64,000 bases of DNA, from positions 7,254,001 to 7,318,000 of the forward strand of contig NC_135808.1 of NCBI RefSeq assembly GCF_964213995.1. The letters are read 5' to 3'. The translations under genes were made by a program, and so were the position numbers. Shown in pieces: positions 11,200-23,381 of the stretch (positions are counted from its first letter, which is position 1; each line of letters begins with the position of its first letter). The stretch comes from Mustelus asterias (lineage: Eukaryota). The notes under the pieces are model-generated. The model did no database searches. It was not told the origin of the DNA and saw only the letters and a program-made list of their open reading frames with translations.

Positions 11200-12747
11200 G
11201 TGTGGGATTTGATTCTCAGAAAACTGCAGATATAAACTTATATAGGCTTAACCCTACTTTATTAGCATTATATCTTAACATGGGACAGAGCAGATAGCTC
11301 CCAGGCGTGATTCCAACGACTCTGTTCAAAGTATACCTCATGAATAATTGGTGCCAGTGGTACATCATCATCTATATCTGGCAACATCATATCCCATCTC
11401 TTAACCATTTATACTGCCCCCCCCCTCCCCCGCCTCCCCGCACAACATGAAACTAAGCCTTTAAAATGTACATTGCATTTTAACTCCACTTTTACAACTT
11501 CAGACTCTATAAACTCCAAATCCTGCTCCATACGCCCCCACCCAACCGCCCAAGTTGAAGTGCTGAGCGTTTCAATCCCGCTCAGTGTTCTCGGCCCTTC
11601 GGGGAGATGGCTTGGTGACGTGAGGGCTTTCAGCTGTATCTGGTAGGAATTCCTAATTTTCCCCTGAACTGAATGGCTTGGCTTGCAAGGCCACTTCAGA
11701 GGGAAGTGCTTCTGGAGTCACATGAGGCCAGATCAGGCAAGGACAGCAATTTCCTTCCCATTAGTGAACAAGATAGATTTTTATTACAATCAACAATAGT
11801 TTCACGATCATCATGATACTTTTTAATTCCAACTTTCACCATCTACCATGTTGGGGTTGGAAACCGGTTCCCCAAAACACAACACTGGCTCTTTGGATTA
11901 CTAGTCCAGTGATAATACCACTATGCCACCACCTCCCCATTGCTTCTGAACAATCGTATCCCTCCAGTATGTTGATAGTGGCGGTGGTGGGGGGACGGGG
12001 CGGGGGGGGGGGGGGGGCGGGGGGGTCGGTGGGGAGAGGGGGGGGGGGATTGGGAGAGGGGGGGATTCAGTGTCAGCCCAAGCTGGAATATTGTCCAGGT
12101 CTTTACAAGCTCACATTGTGGCTACCATCCGTTACCATGTTTGGAATTGCCACCGTGCTAAATGGGATAGGTTTAGAAAATATATATATCAATTCAATCA
12201 TGGGCCTCCATAGGCACTTTGGGTCAGCAGCAGCAGCAGGACTGTATATAAACACAATTTGTAAACTCATGGACCGGCAAATTCCTCACTCGAACATTAC
12301 CGCTAAGCCAGGAGATCAGCTTTGGTTCAATGAAGACAGCTGGATGACATGCCAGGACTAGCATCAGGCATGTCCAAATATGAGGTGTTAACCTGGTGAA
12401 GCTACAACACAGGATGACTTGCAGGCCAAGCAGCGGAAACTGCATATGACAGAGCTAGCTGATCCTGCAACCAATGGATCAGATCTAAGCTCTGCAGTTC
12501 TGCCACATTCAGTTGCAAATATTCATGGTTAATTAAGCAACTGATAGCAGAAGGAAGCTCCACAATTATTTCTTTCTTCAATAATGGAGAAGCCTAGCAC
12601 ATCAATGGAAAAGACAAGGCTGAAGCAATTGCAATCACCCTCATCTACAATTGGATTAACCATCTTGGCCTCCTCCTCTTGAAATCCCTATCTTCATAGT
12701 ATCCCAAAAATGTGAGGTCTTCCCTCCTGCTCCAGCGTTGTAGCTAT

Positions 12748-13184
12748 CAGTGTCGGATTTAGCCATAAGCTAAACAAGCTACACCTTAGGGCCTCACAAT
12801 CCACAGGGGCCTCACAAAATTTCAGAAGGTTTACAATGAAGAGAACATTTAAGAGCGGATACCAGAAAAGAAAAAGAAAGCACCAGCTTGAAGAGCAACT
12901 CAAAAGATTCCCCAAATTACCAAAATCTATGAGAGATCAAGCCAGCCAAATGATAAATATGTAATCAGTAAATGCATTCATTTGAAAATAATTTGTATTT
13001 TTCACTTTAAATACCTTGCTATTAAATAATTAAGAGGCATAATTATGTTTTCAATTTTTTTTTGTGGCGACCCAAGGTCCTGTTTTGGTACGCACCTTTG
13101 TGAGTCCTTTTGGTGTAACTTTTTAACAAGGGGCCTCCAAGCTTTATATAGCTTAGGGCCTCACCAAGTCTAAATCCGACACTG
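12748..13184. mobile_element. Non-autonomous hAT-type DNA transposon (MITE), 437 bp
   Basis: Perfect 15-bp TIR CAGTGTCGGATTTAG / CTAAATCCGACACTG. 8-bp TSD GTAGCTAT at 12740-12747 and 13185-13192. Subterminal GGGCCTCAC repeats. Confidence 0.9.
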
Positions 13185-13214
13185 GTAGCTATATATGGAG
13201 ATTAATTCAGACAA

Positions 13215-13940
13215 ACACAAGTTGTTGCATTTTGATAAGACAAACCAGGGCAGGACTTACACAGTTCATGGTAGGGTCCTGGGCAGTGTTGTTCAACAGA
13301 GAAACCAGGAGTGCAGGTACATTGTTCCATGAAAGTGGCGTCACAAGTTGACAGGGTGGGGAAGAAGGTGTTTGGAACACTTGCCTTCATCGGTCAAAGC
13401 ACTGGATCCAGGAGTTGGGACATTATGTTACAAGTGTATAAGGTACTGGTAAGGCCACCTTTGCAGCATTGCGTACAGTTCTGGTCACCCTGCTACAGGA
13501 AGGATGTTATTAAACTGGAAAGGGTACAGGACAGATTTGCAAATATGTTACCGGGACTCGAAATTTGAATTACAATGAGAGGCTGGATAGACTGGGACTT
13601 CTTTCCCTGGAGGGTAGGAGGATGAGGGTTGACCTTATAGAGGTTTATAAAATCATGAGGGGTGACCTTATAGAGGCTTAGAAAATCATAAGGTAAATAG
13701 CCAATGTCTTTTCCAGAGGGGAGGAGAGTCAAAAACTAGAGGGCATAGGTTTAATGTGAGAGGGGAAAGAATTAAAAGGCATCTGAGAAAGACCTTTTTC
13801 ACACAGAGGGTGGTGCATATATGGAATGAGCTGCCAGATGGTAAAGGCTTTTCCAATACAACATTTAAAAGACATTTGAATATATACATGGATAGCAAAG
13901 GTTTGGAGCAATATGGGCCAAGCACAGGCAAATGGGACTC
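13215..13940 (+). mobile_element. CR1 LINE 3' fragment
   Basis: ORFs 13311..13568 (LVRPPLQHCVQFWSP) and 13756.. (FFTQRVVHIWNELP). Confidence 0.85.
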
Positions 13941-13949
13941 GTTCAGAAA

Positions 13950-15225
13950 TGCCAGAGTTGGAGGAAGCTTGTTATTGGAAATTGTTAATCTCGAGATTAA
14001 TCAGACAGAGAGTGATGATATTCAGAAGGAATGTAAATCTGAATGAGAGTTTCAATTTGAAGGTGTCAGTGAGATTCCAAACTAATATTCTGATCACTCG
14101 TCCCAAATGTTCTCCTACTGAAAATATGCTTCCCTCCATCCCCAGAACGAGTTCCAGTACGGCTACCTTCACCATTGGAATAGAAATACACAGATCAAAA
14201 AGCTATCTTACTCACGTCAGGAATTTCCCTCCCTTTTTTGCATTGTTACTATTTCAGTCTCTATTAGGATAATTGGAAGTCCTCCATGATCACTAATCTG
14301 CCATTCTTGGATCTATTTATATTTACTCATGTTGCTGCTCACCACGATTTGGTGATGTATCCATTGTCTAGTGAGCAGCTCCACATTGTTCCTTAATTCT
14401 AACCAAGTCACGTTTAATCTTTTACGTCTCAACTATGTAAGCCTACCTTGGGGCCTAAAGTAGTTATTTACAATAGTGCTACTTTCAAGTTGTGGTTTCT
14501 CTTTGTATATCTTTTCGGATTGTCTTGTGGTCAGAAGTACTAAGTTCAAAGAACAAAGAAAATTACAGGAACAGGCCCTTCGGCCCTCCAAGCCTGCACG
14601 GGTCATGCTGCTTGTCTGAACTAAAACCCCCAATCCTTCCGGGGACCATATCCCTCTATTCCCATCCTATTCATGTATTTGTCCAGACTCCCCTGAAAAG
14701 TTACTATCGTGTCTACTTCCACTACCTCCCCCTTGCAGTGAGTCCCAGGCACCCACCATCCTCTGTAAAAAGCTTGCCTCGTACATCTCCTTTAAACCTC
14801 ACCTCTCGCACCTTAAACCTATGCCCCCTCGTAATTGACTCTTCCACCCTGGGAAAAAGCTTCTGACTATCCACGCTGTCCATGCCCCTCATTATTTTGT
14901 AGACTTCTATCAGGCTGCCCCTAAACCTCCCTCATTCCAATGAGAACAAACCAAGGTTCTCCAAACTCAACTCATAGCTAACTGTGTATTTCTATTCCAA
15001 TGGTGAACGTAGCCGTACTGGAACTAGTTCTGGGGATGGAGGGGAGCATATTTTGAGTAGGAGAACATTTGGGACGAGTGATCAGAATATTAGTTTGGAA
15101 TCTCACTGACACCTTCAAATTGAAACTCTCATCCAGATTTACATTCCTTCTGTATATCATCACTCCCTGTCTGATTAATCTCTAGATTAACAATTTCCAA
15201 TAACAAGCTTCCTCCAACTCTGGCA
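13950..15225. repeat. 244-bp inverted duplication (13950-14193 / 14982-15225)
   Basis: Direct comparison gives 8 mismatches in 244 nt by my count; near-identical ORFs on opposite strands in the track. Confidence 0.92.
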
Positions 15226-15980
15226 ATATTCCAAGTGCAGCCTGAGCAAGGTTCTATAAAGATGCAACATGACTTGCCAATTTTTAAACTCAATGCCCCA
15301 GCTGATGAAGGCAAGCATGCCATATGCCTTCTCGACTACCTTCTCCACTGCGATGAACTTTCATTGACCTATGTACCTTTACACCCAGATCGCCCTGCCT
15401 GTCAATACTCTTACAGGTTCTGCCATTTACTGTATATTTCCCATCTGTATTAGACCTTCCAAATTGCATTACCTCACATTTGTCCGGATTGCCATCTGCC
15501 TTCTCTCCATCCAAGTCTTCAACCGATCTATATCCTGCTGTATCCTCTGACAGTCCTCATCGCTATCCACAATTCCACCAATCTTTGTGCCATCTGCAAA
15601 TTTAATGATCAAACCAGTTACATTTTCCTCCAAATCATTTATATATATTACAAACAGCAAAGGTCCCAGCACTAATCCCTGAGGAACACCACTTGTCACA
15701 GCCCTCCATTCAGAAACACACACTTCCACTACCTTCTGTCTTCTATAACCGAGCCAGTTCTGTTTCCGTCTTGCCAACTCACCTCTGATCCCATGTGACT
15801 TCACCTTCTGTACTAGTCTGCCAGGAGAGACCTTGTCAAAGGCCTTACTGAAGTCCATATAGACAACATCCACTGCCCTAACCTGATCAATCATCTTTGT
15901 CACTTTCTCAAAAACCTCGATCAAGTTAGTGAAACACGACCTCCCCTTCACAAAACCATGTTGCCCCTCTCTAATAATCC
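14545..15980 (-). mobile_element. CR1 LINE RT region interrupted by a local inverted duplication
   Basis: ORF 15469..15996 has RT motifs; interrupted at 14982-15225. Confidence 0.85.
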
Positions 15981-16371
15981 TCCTTTTCAGTTTCACAGAC
16001 TCATAGAAACGCTACAGTGCAGAAGGAGGTTATCCAGCCGATTCAGCCTGCACCAACAACAATCCTATCCAGGCACTGTTCCCATAATCCCATAATTATC
16101 CTGCTAAACCTGCTGACCCTAAGGGGCAATTTAGCATGGCCAATTCACCTAACCCGCACATCTTTGTACTGTGGGAGGAAACCGGTCGTTGCCATTTTAT
16201 CATAGGCCCATATGGCAACATTCGCATGCAGCTCACCAACAGCTTTACAATTGTCCCTTTGATCATAGAATCATAGAATCCCTACAGTGCAGAATGAGGC
16301 CATTCGGCCTATTGTGTCTGCACCGACTACAATCCCACCCAGGCCCGACTCCTGTAACCCCACATATTTTT

Positions 16372-19300
16372 GATTTGATTAATTATTGTTACTTGTATTA
16401 ATATACAGTGAAAAGTATTGTTTCTTGCGCTATTCAGACAAAGCATGCCATTCATAGAGAAGGAAACGAGAGAGTACAGAATACAGTCATAGCTCGGGTG
16501 TAGAGAAAGTTTTACTTAATGCGAGGTAGGTCCATTCAAAAGTCTAATGGCAGCAGGGAGGAAGCTGTTCTCGAGTCGGTTGGTACGTGACAAAGAACAA
16601 AGAACAAAGAACAATACAGCATAGGAACAGGCCCTTCGGCCCTCCAAGCCTGCGCCGTTCATGTTTCCACTATACCATTCTTTTGTATCCCTCTATTCCC
16701 AGTCTGTTCATGTGGTTATATAGAGAAGCCTCAAACGATCCCAGCGTGTCCGCCTCAATCACCTTGCTTGGCAGTGCATTCCAGCCCCCACCACCCTCTG
16801 TGTAAAATACGTCCCCCTGACATCTGTGCTGAACCTTGCCCCCCTCACCTTGAACCCGTGACCCCTTATGTTCGTCACCTCCGACCTGGGAAAAAGCTTC
16901 CCACTGTTCACTCTATCCATGCCCTTCATAATTTTATACACCCCTATTAGGTCGCCCCTCATTCTCCGTCGTTCCAGGGAGAACAACCCCAGTTTACCCA
17001 ATCTCTCCTCATAGCTAAGACCCTCCATACCAGGCAACATCCTGGTAGACCTTCTCTGCACTATCTCCAAAGCCTCCACGTCCTTCTGGTAGTGTGGCGA
17101 CCAGAACTGGACGCAGTATTCCCAATGTGGCCTAACCATCGTTCTATACAGCTGCAACATCATATGCCAACTTTTATATTCTATGCCCTGTGATCCACCT
17201 GTGCTGCCACCTTTAAGTATCTGTGGACTTGTACACCCAGGTCCCTCCATGTGTCTATACACCTGATGGTTCCGCCACTTATTGTATAGCTCCCCCTTAC
17301 ATTAGATCTACCGAAATGCATCACTTCGCATTTATCTGGATTAAATTCCATCTGCCATTTCTCCGCCCAATGTTGCAGCCTATCTATATCCTGCTGTATA
17401 ACTCTCACAATGTTCATCACTATCCGCAACTCCAGCAATCTTCGTGTCGTCCGCAAACTTACTGATCACACCAGCTACATCTTCCTCCAAATCATTTATA
17501 TATTTCACAAACAGCAGAGGTCCCAGTACGGTGCCCTGCGGAACACCACTAGTCACAGACCTCCAACCGGAAAAAGACGCCTCCACTGCCACCCTCTGTC
17601 TTCTATGGCTAAGCCAGTTCTCCACCCATTTAGCTGGCTCACCTTTTATCCCGTGAGATTTCACCTTTTGCACCAGCCTGCCATGAGGGACCTTGTCAAA
17701 CGCTTTGCTAAAATCTATATAGACGACATCCACGGCCCTTCCTTCATCAATCGTTTTTGTCACCTCCTCAAAAAACTCAGACTTTTGTATCTTTTTCCCG
17801 ATGGAAGAAGATAGAAGAGAGAATGTCCGGGTGCATGGGCTCCTTAATCATGCTGGCTGCTTTGCCAAGGCAGCGGGAAGTGTAGACAGAGTCAATGGAT
17901 GGGAGGCTGGTTTGCGCGATGGATTGGGCTACATTCACGACCTTTCCTAGTTTCTTGCAGTCTTGGGCAGAGCAGGAGCCATACCAAGCTGTTATACAAC
18001 CAGAAAGAATGCTTTCTATAGAGCATCTGTAAAAGTTGGTGAGACTCGTAGCTGACATGCTATATTTCCTTCGTCTCCTGAGAAAGTAGAGGCGTTGGTG
18101 GGCTTTCTTAGCTAAAGTGTCGGCATGAGGGGACCAGGACAGCTTGTTGGTGATCTGGACACCTAAAAACTTAAAGCTTTCGACCATTTCTACTTCATCC
18201 CCGTTGATATAGACAGGGGCACGTTCAACCCTACGCTTCCTGAAATCGAAGACAATCTCCTCCGTTTTGTTGACAATGAGGGAGAAATTATTGTCGTCGC
18301 AACAGTTCGCCAGATTCTCTGTCTCATTCCTGTATTCTGTCTCATCATTGTTTGAGATCTGACCCACTATGGTGGTGTCGTCAGCATGTTTGAAAATTGA
18401 GTTGGAGGGGAATTTGGTCATAGTTGTATAAGGAGTATAGTAAGGGGCTGAGAACACAGCCTTGAGGTGCACCGCTGATGAGGATGATCATGGAGGAAGT
18501 ATTGTTGCCTCCTTGATTGTGGTCTGTGGGTTAGGAAGTTCAGTATCCAGTTGCAGAGAGAGGAGCCAAGGCCCAGCCCATGGAGTTTGGAGATGAGCTT
18601 CGTAGGAATAATGGTATTGAAGGTTGAACTGTAGTCAACATATAGGAGTCTGACATAAGTGTCTTTGTTAACCTGGTGTTCCAGGATTGAGTATAGGGCC
18701 AGGGAGATGGCGCCTGCTGTGGATCCGATGCGGCGCTAGATGAACTGTAGTGGATCCAAGCAATCTGGGAGGCCAGAATTGATCCGTGCCATGACTCACC
18801 TTTCAAAACACTTCATGATGATGGATGTCAGGGTCATCGGACGAGTTTCGTGTCAATAATGGTGTTGAACGCTGAGATGTAGTCAATAAATAAGAGTCTG
18901 ACATAGGTGTCTTTGTTATCAAGGTGCTCCAGTGTTCAGTGCAGGGCCAGCGAGATGGCGTCTGCTGTGAACCTGTTGCGGTGGTTGGCGAACTGTTGTG
19001 GATCCAGGCAGTCAGGAGGCTGGAATTGTTTCGTGCCATGACTAACCTTTCGAAGCACCTCATAATGATGGATGTCAGAGCTACTGGATGATAGTCATTA
19101 AGGCACGCTGCTTGGCTTTTCTTTGCCACTGGGATGATGGTCGTCTTCTTGAAGTATATAGGGACCTCCGATTGTTGTAAACAGAAGTTGAAGATATCTG
19201 CGAATACCCCTGCCAGTTGATCCATGCAGGATCTGAGTGCTCGTCTGGGTACCCCCTCCAGGCCAGTTGTTTTCTGTGGGTTGACCTTCGAGAAGGCTGC

Positions 19301-19765
19301 TCTGACATCTGCAATGGTGACCTTAAAGATAGGTTAATTCGAAGCTTCCAGTGTGGAGGACGTGGTCTCGCTGACCTCTTACTCAAAACGGGCGTAGAAT
19401 GCATGGAGCTCATCAGGGAGGGATGCGTTGGAGCTGGAGATTTTTCATGCCTTCATCTTGTAGCTTGTTATGTTTTGAAGACCTTGCCATAGTCGGCGGG
19501 GGTCCGTGTGGCTAGCCTGGGACTCTAGCTTGGCCCAGTACTATATTTTGGCATCTTTGATGGATCTCCTTATATCGTATCTGGCTATCTTGTGTAGATC
19601 AAGGTTGCCTCAGACCTAGACTTCAGCAAGCAGTGGTTTCCAGTTGGGAAACACGTGCAGTTGCTCCTTTGGCACACAGTCTTCTACACACTTACTAATG
19701 GTTTCAATTACTTCAGTGGCATACTCCTTCAGGCTGGTCGCAGAGTTGTTAGATACTGACCAGTC
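16372..19765 (-). mobile_element. Rex1/Babar-type LINE, decayed, with nested CR1
   Basis: ORFs 18803..19225 (LNDYHPVALTSIIMRCFERLV) and 17777..18472 (ADDTTIVG, KAHQRLYFLR, IESILSGCITAWYG). Confidence 0.8.
16590..17775 (-). mobile_element. CR1 LINE nested in the Rex1 element
   Basis: ORFs 17380..17763 and 16759..17262; (AAAGAAC)n tail; the Rex1 sequence resumes at 17776. Confidence 0.88.
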
Positions 19766-19779
19766 TTGGTCAACACCCT

Positions 19780-19990
19780 TCTAATCCCCTGACACTACGG
19801 TCAATTTGTCATGGCCAATCAACCTAACCCGCACATTTTTGGACTGTGGGAGGAAACCGGAGCACCCGTAGGAAACCCACGCAGACACGGGACGAATGTG
19901 CAAACTCCACATTGACAGTGACCCGAGGCTGGAATTGAATCCGGGGTCCCTGGCGCTGTGAGGCAGCAGTGCTAACCACTGTGCCACCAT
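19780..19990 (-). mobile_element. HE1-type SINE
   Basis: Canonical head and core. Confidence 0.8.
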
Positions 19991-20814
19991 TTATGTAAAT
20001 GAACTCCAAACCAATATAAGACTGCACTGCATTTTCTCTGATTGCTCATATTTCTGAATGATGATATACTCATGATACTCACCTCACCCAATCCCCTCAG
20101 CAGTTTCTTTCTTCTATCTAATCATTCAAACCGTCCATTTCTCCCCTATTATTTTACACCCTCCCCTATAATACTTGTGAACCAATCCATGAAGATATTG
20201 GTCTACATTCCATTGAGATACAACCTATTCAAGTTAATTCGGACGCTCTTGCCCTTGAAAACATCTCAGTGCCACAAGAATCGGAATGTCTCCCTGCTAG
20301 ATCATTTTTCCAAACCTGCATTAACCTGTTTTATTCCACTCTTCCACTAGCCACTTGCACCTGGTCCTGGGAATGACCTAGGAATACTTAAGTCGAGTTC
20401 CTGCTTTTTAACCTCCAGTCAAGTTCCTGACATTCATTGTAGGATGCCAGTTATATTCCTTTCTATTGTAAGGCAATGATGGGTGGAGTTAAGAGACAGA
20501 TCAGGCATAATTTAATTAAATGAAGAAATGGGCTCAAAGGGTTGTATGGCACGTCATGTTCCTACACTTCTGCATTTAAAAATGGGCTGAATAATGAAGT
20601 GAAACATTTGTTCAATCCAAAACTAACCGGAGTTTCTGAACAATCATTTCAGTACAGGATGTTTTGAACATCACATTTCACTGGATTATATGGGTCTTTT
20701 GTACTTAAGGCTGAATGGTAACTTGTGTAACTTCACATAATTCCAGGATGGTGAAATCAGGTAACTGAGAGAAAACTTTGTAAAATATAGTTGAGTCAAA
20801 GCACACCAAAAAAA

Positions 20815-21240
20815 AACTGGGACTTTTTTTCCCTGGAGCGTAGGAGGCTGAGGGGTGATCTTATAGAGGTCTATAAAATAATGAGGGGCACAGATCAGCG
20901 AGACAGTCAATATATTTTCCTAAAGGTAGCGGAGTCTAAAACTAGAGGTCATAGGTTTAAGGTGAGACGGGAGAGATACAAAAGTGTCCAGAGGGGCAAT
21001 TTGTTCATCCAGAGGGTGGTGAGTGTCTGGAACAAGGTGCCAGAGGTAGTAGTAGAGGCGGGTACAATTTTGTCCTTTAAAAAGCATTTAGATAGTTACA
21101 AGGGTAAGATGGGTATAGAGGGATATGGGCCAAATGCGGGCAATTGGGATTAGCTTAGGGGTTTAAACAAAAGGGCGGCATGGACAAGTTGGGCCGAAGG
21201 GCCTGTTTCCATGCTGTAAACCTCTATGACTCTATGACTC
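20815..21240 (+). mobile_element. CR1 LINE 3' end
   Basis: ORF 20791..21153; (CTCTATGA)n tail. Confidence 0.85.
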
Positions 21241-21556
21241 TGACATAATCATCCGTAAAATAGGGCAACACGTTACCAGCATGGCTCGGGAGCTGTGTGT
21301 TGGTTTCAGGATGATTGTGATGCAAAGACAGCGATGGCTTCGCCGTGAAAGATGGAACCTGAGGAGAAAACTGAAGAGAATCGAACTCTGGAATCTCCTG
21401 GTCTAGCAAGCAAGAACTCAGGCCACTCTGAGGAACTTGTTTCTCCTTCGGAGAACTCTGGGAAGAAACCTTTAAAGGTTTCTTCAATTCCTAGGAAGAC
21501 ATCACAACTGTACCGTTGACGGTTGCATCAACTGATAATAAAACTGTTCTTGCAAA

Positions 21557-21690
21557 AGTAATCCTGCTCAGTACGAGAGGAAGCGCAGGTTGAGACATTT
21601 GGTGTATGTGCTTTGCTGAGGAGCCAGTGGCGCGAAGCTGTTATCTGTGGGATTTTGACTGAACGCCTCTGAGCCAGAATCCCGCCTAAA
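21557..21690 (+). pseudogene. 28S rRNA 3'-domain fragment including the sarcin-ricin loop
   Basis: AGTAATCCTGCTCAGTACGAGAGGAA.CGCAGGTT.AGACATTTGGTGTATGTGCTT..GACTGAACGCCTCT.AG.CAGAATCCCGCC matches vertebrate 28S with substitutions. Confidence 0.9.
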
Positions 21691-22511
21691 ATGAATCCCG
21701 ACTGAAAAGGCATTGAAGATCTGAGATTTCAATTAATGGAAAAAGAATAGAACAGAAAAAATAACTGTTTCCCAAAATTATGGAGCTGGGGCTGGGGGGT
21801 TTCTACTTTCAGCTGGCAGGAAAGGGTTAAATAGGGAGATGTCAAAACTGTTCCCTGTGCAATGTTGCTTCACTATGGCTAATGGGGAATCTGCTGAGAA
21901 CATGGAGGCAAAATAACCGCATCTGCTGTCATGAGGAACTTTCCTGTAGACAATGAACTCTGGGACATGATTACTGTCCTGGATTATGCAGCTGCTCATG
22001 ATTCTGTTGTAGTTTCTGCGCTGATATTCTGTTCTGAAAGGCAGGATGTTCAGCTGGGTACAAAGTATGGATGTCAATTAACTTTCACCCTTGGAAAATT
22101 CCAGAGCTCGATGGAGTCTAACGTGGAACTATGATTTGAATCCTGTTCAGACACGACAAACACTTTTGCATCTTCTAAAATACTTCAGAGTCTTCATCTG
22201 ATGCATGTAAGAATGGAAAGGTTTAATCACGGTCTGGGACCTCCATCTCGAGTGATCACTCCGTCCTATAAGGGATTCTCCCTCTTCACTGACCTGAAAG
22301 AGCCAATTGAGGTCCAGCAGGTCTTCATGAGTATGGTCACCCGTTTGCTGAATGCCGTCTATATCGCCACCTCTGGCGTTAATTCGTAATTGCTGGAAGA
22401 CTCATAACTTCCAGGTCAGTCCTGGGTCTAGTGAAATGTGTCCTTGTGGAAGAATTAAATTTCCTTTCCATTGTGTCAATCCCCTCATCTTCTGAATGCT
22501 GAATTTTGAAG

Positions 22512-23381
22512 TGGTGACACAGTGGTTAGTACTGCTAACTTAGAGTGCCTGGGATCAGGTTTATTCCCGACTTGGGTCACTGTCTGTGCGGAGTCTGCAC
22601 ATTCTGCCATGTCAGCGTATGTTCCCTCCCACAGTCCAAAAGACATGCTGGTTCGGTGCAGTGGCCATCCTAACTTCTCCCTCAGTGTACCCAAACAGGT
22701 GCCGGAGTTAAAGTTTATTTATTAGTGTCACAAGAAGGCTTACATTCGCACTGCACTGAAGTTACTTTGAAAAGCCCCTAGTTGCCACCCTCTAGCGCCT
22801 GCCCGGGTACACAGAATGAGAATTTAGAATGACCCCAATGCACCTACCCAGCACGTCTTTCAAACTGTGGGAGGAAACTGGAGCACCCGGAGGAATGTCA
22901 CGCAGACACGGGGAGAACATGCAAACTCCGCACAGACAGTGACCCAAGCTGGGAATCAAACACGGGTCCCTGGCACTGTGCCACCCTAATGTGGCGACTA
23001 AAGGATTTTCAAAGTAACGTCATTGCAGTGTCACTGTAAGCCTACTCGTGACAATAATAAATAAACTTTAACTCTCGTGTCTGTTCGGGCACACTGAGGG
23101 AGAATTTAGCACGGCCAATGCATCTAACTAGCACGTCTTTCGGACTGTGGGAGGAAACCGGAGCACCCGGAGGAAACTCACTCAGACATGGTGATAACGT
23201 GCAAACTCCACACAGACAGTGACCCAAGTGGAGAATCGAATGCGGGGTCCCTGGTATTGTGAGGCAGCAGTGCCAACCAGTGTGCCACGGTGCCGCCCTA
23301 GTGTGGCGACTGGGGGATTTTCACAGTAACTTCATGGCAGTGTTAATGTAAGCCTACCTATGACATTAATAAATAAACTTT
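22512..23381. mobile_element. Nested SINE stack (one + host with - copies inserted inside)
   Basis: + head at about 22512; - copies at about 22710-22985 and 23075-23298; + tails at about 22990-23070 and 23300-23381. Confidence 0.7.

Noticed and set aside
11813-12361. 182-aa Gly-rich ORF
   Set aside because: It spans a SINE end, a poly-G tract and an old LINE; no coding signature.
21310-21520. Hydrophilic frame DDCDAK...MEPEEK...SQLYR after an AG
   Set aside because: In-frame TGA at 21346, no recognisable motif and no partner exon.
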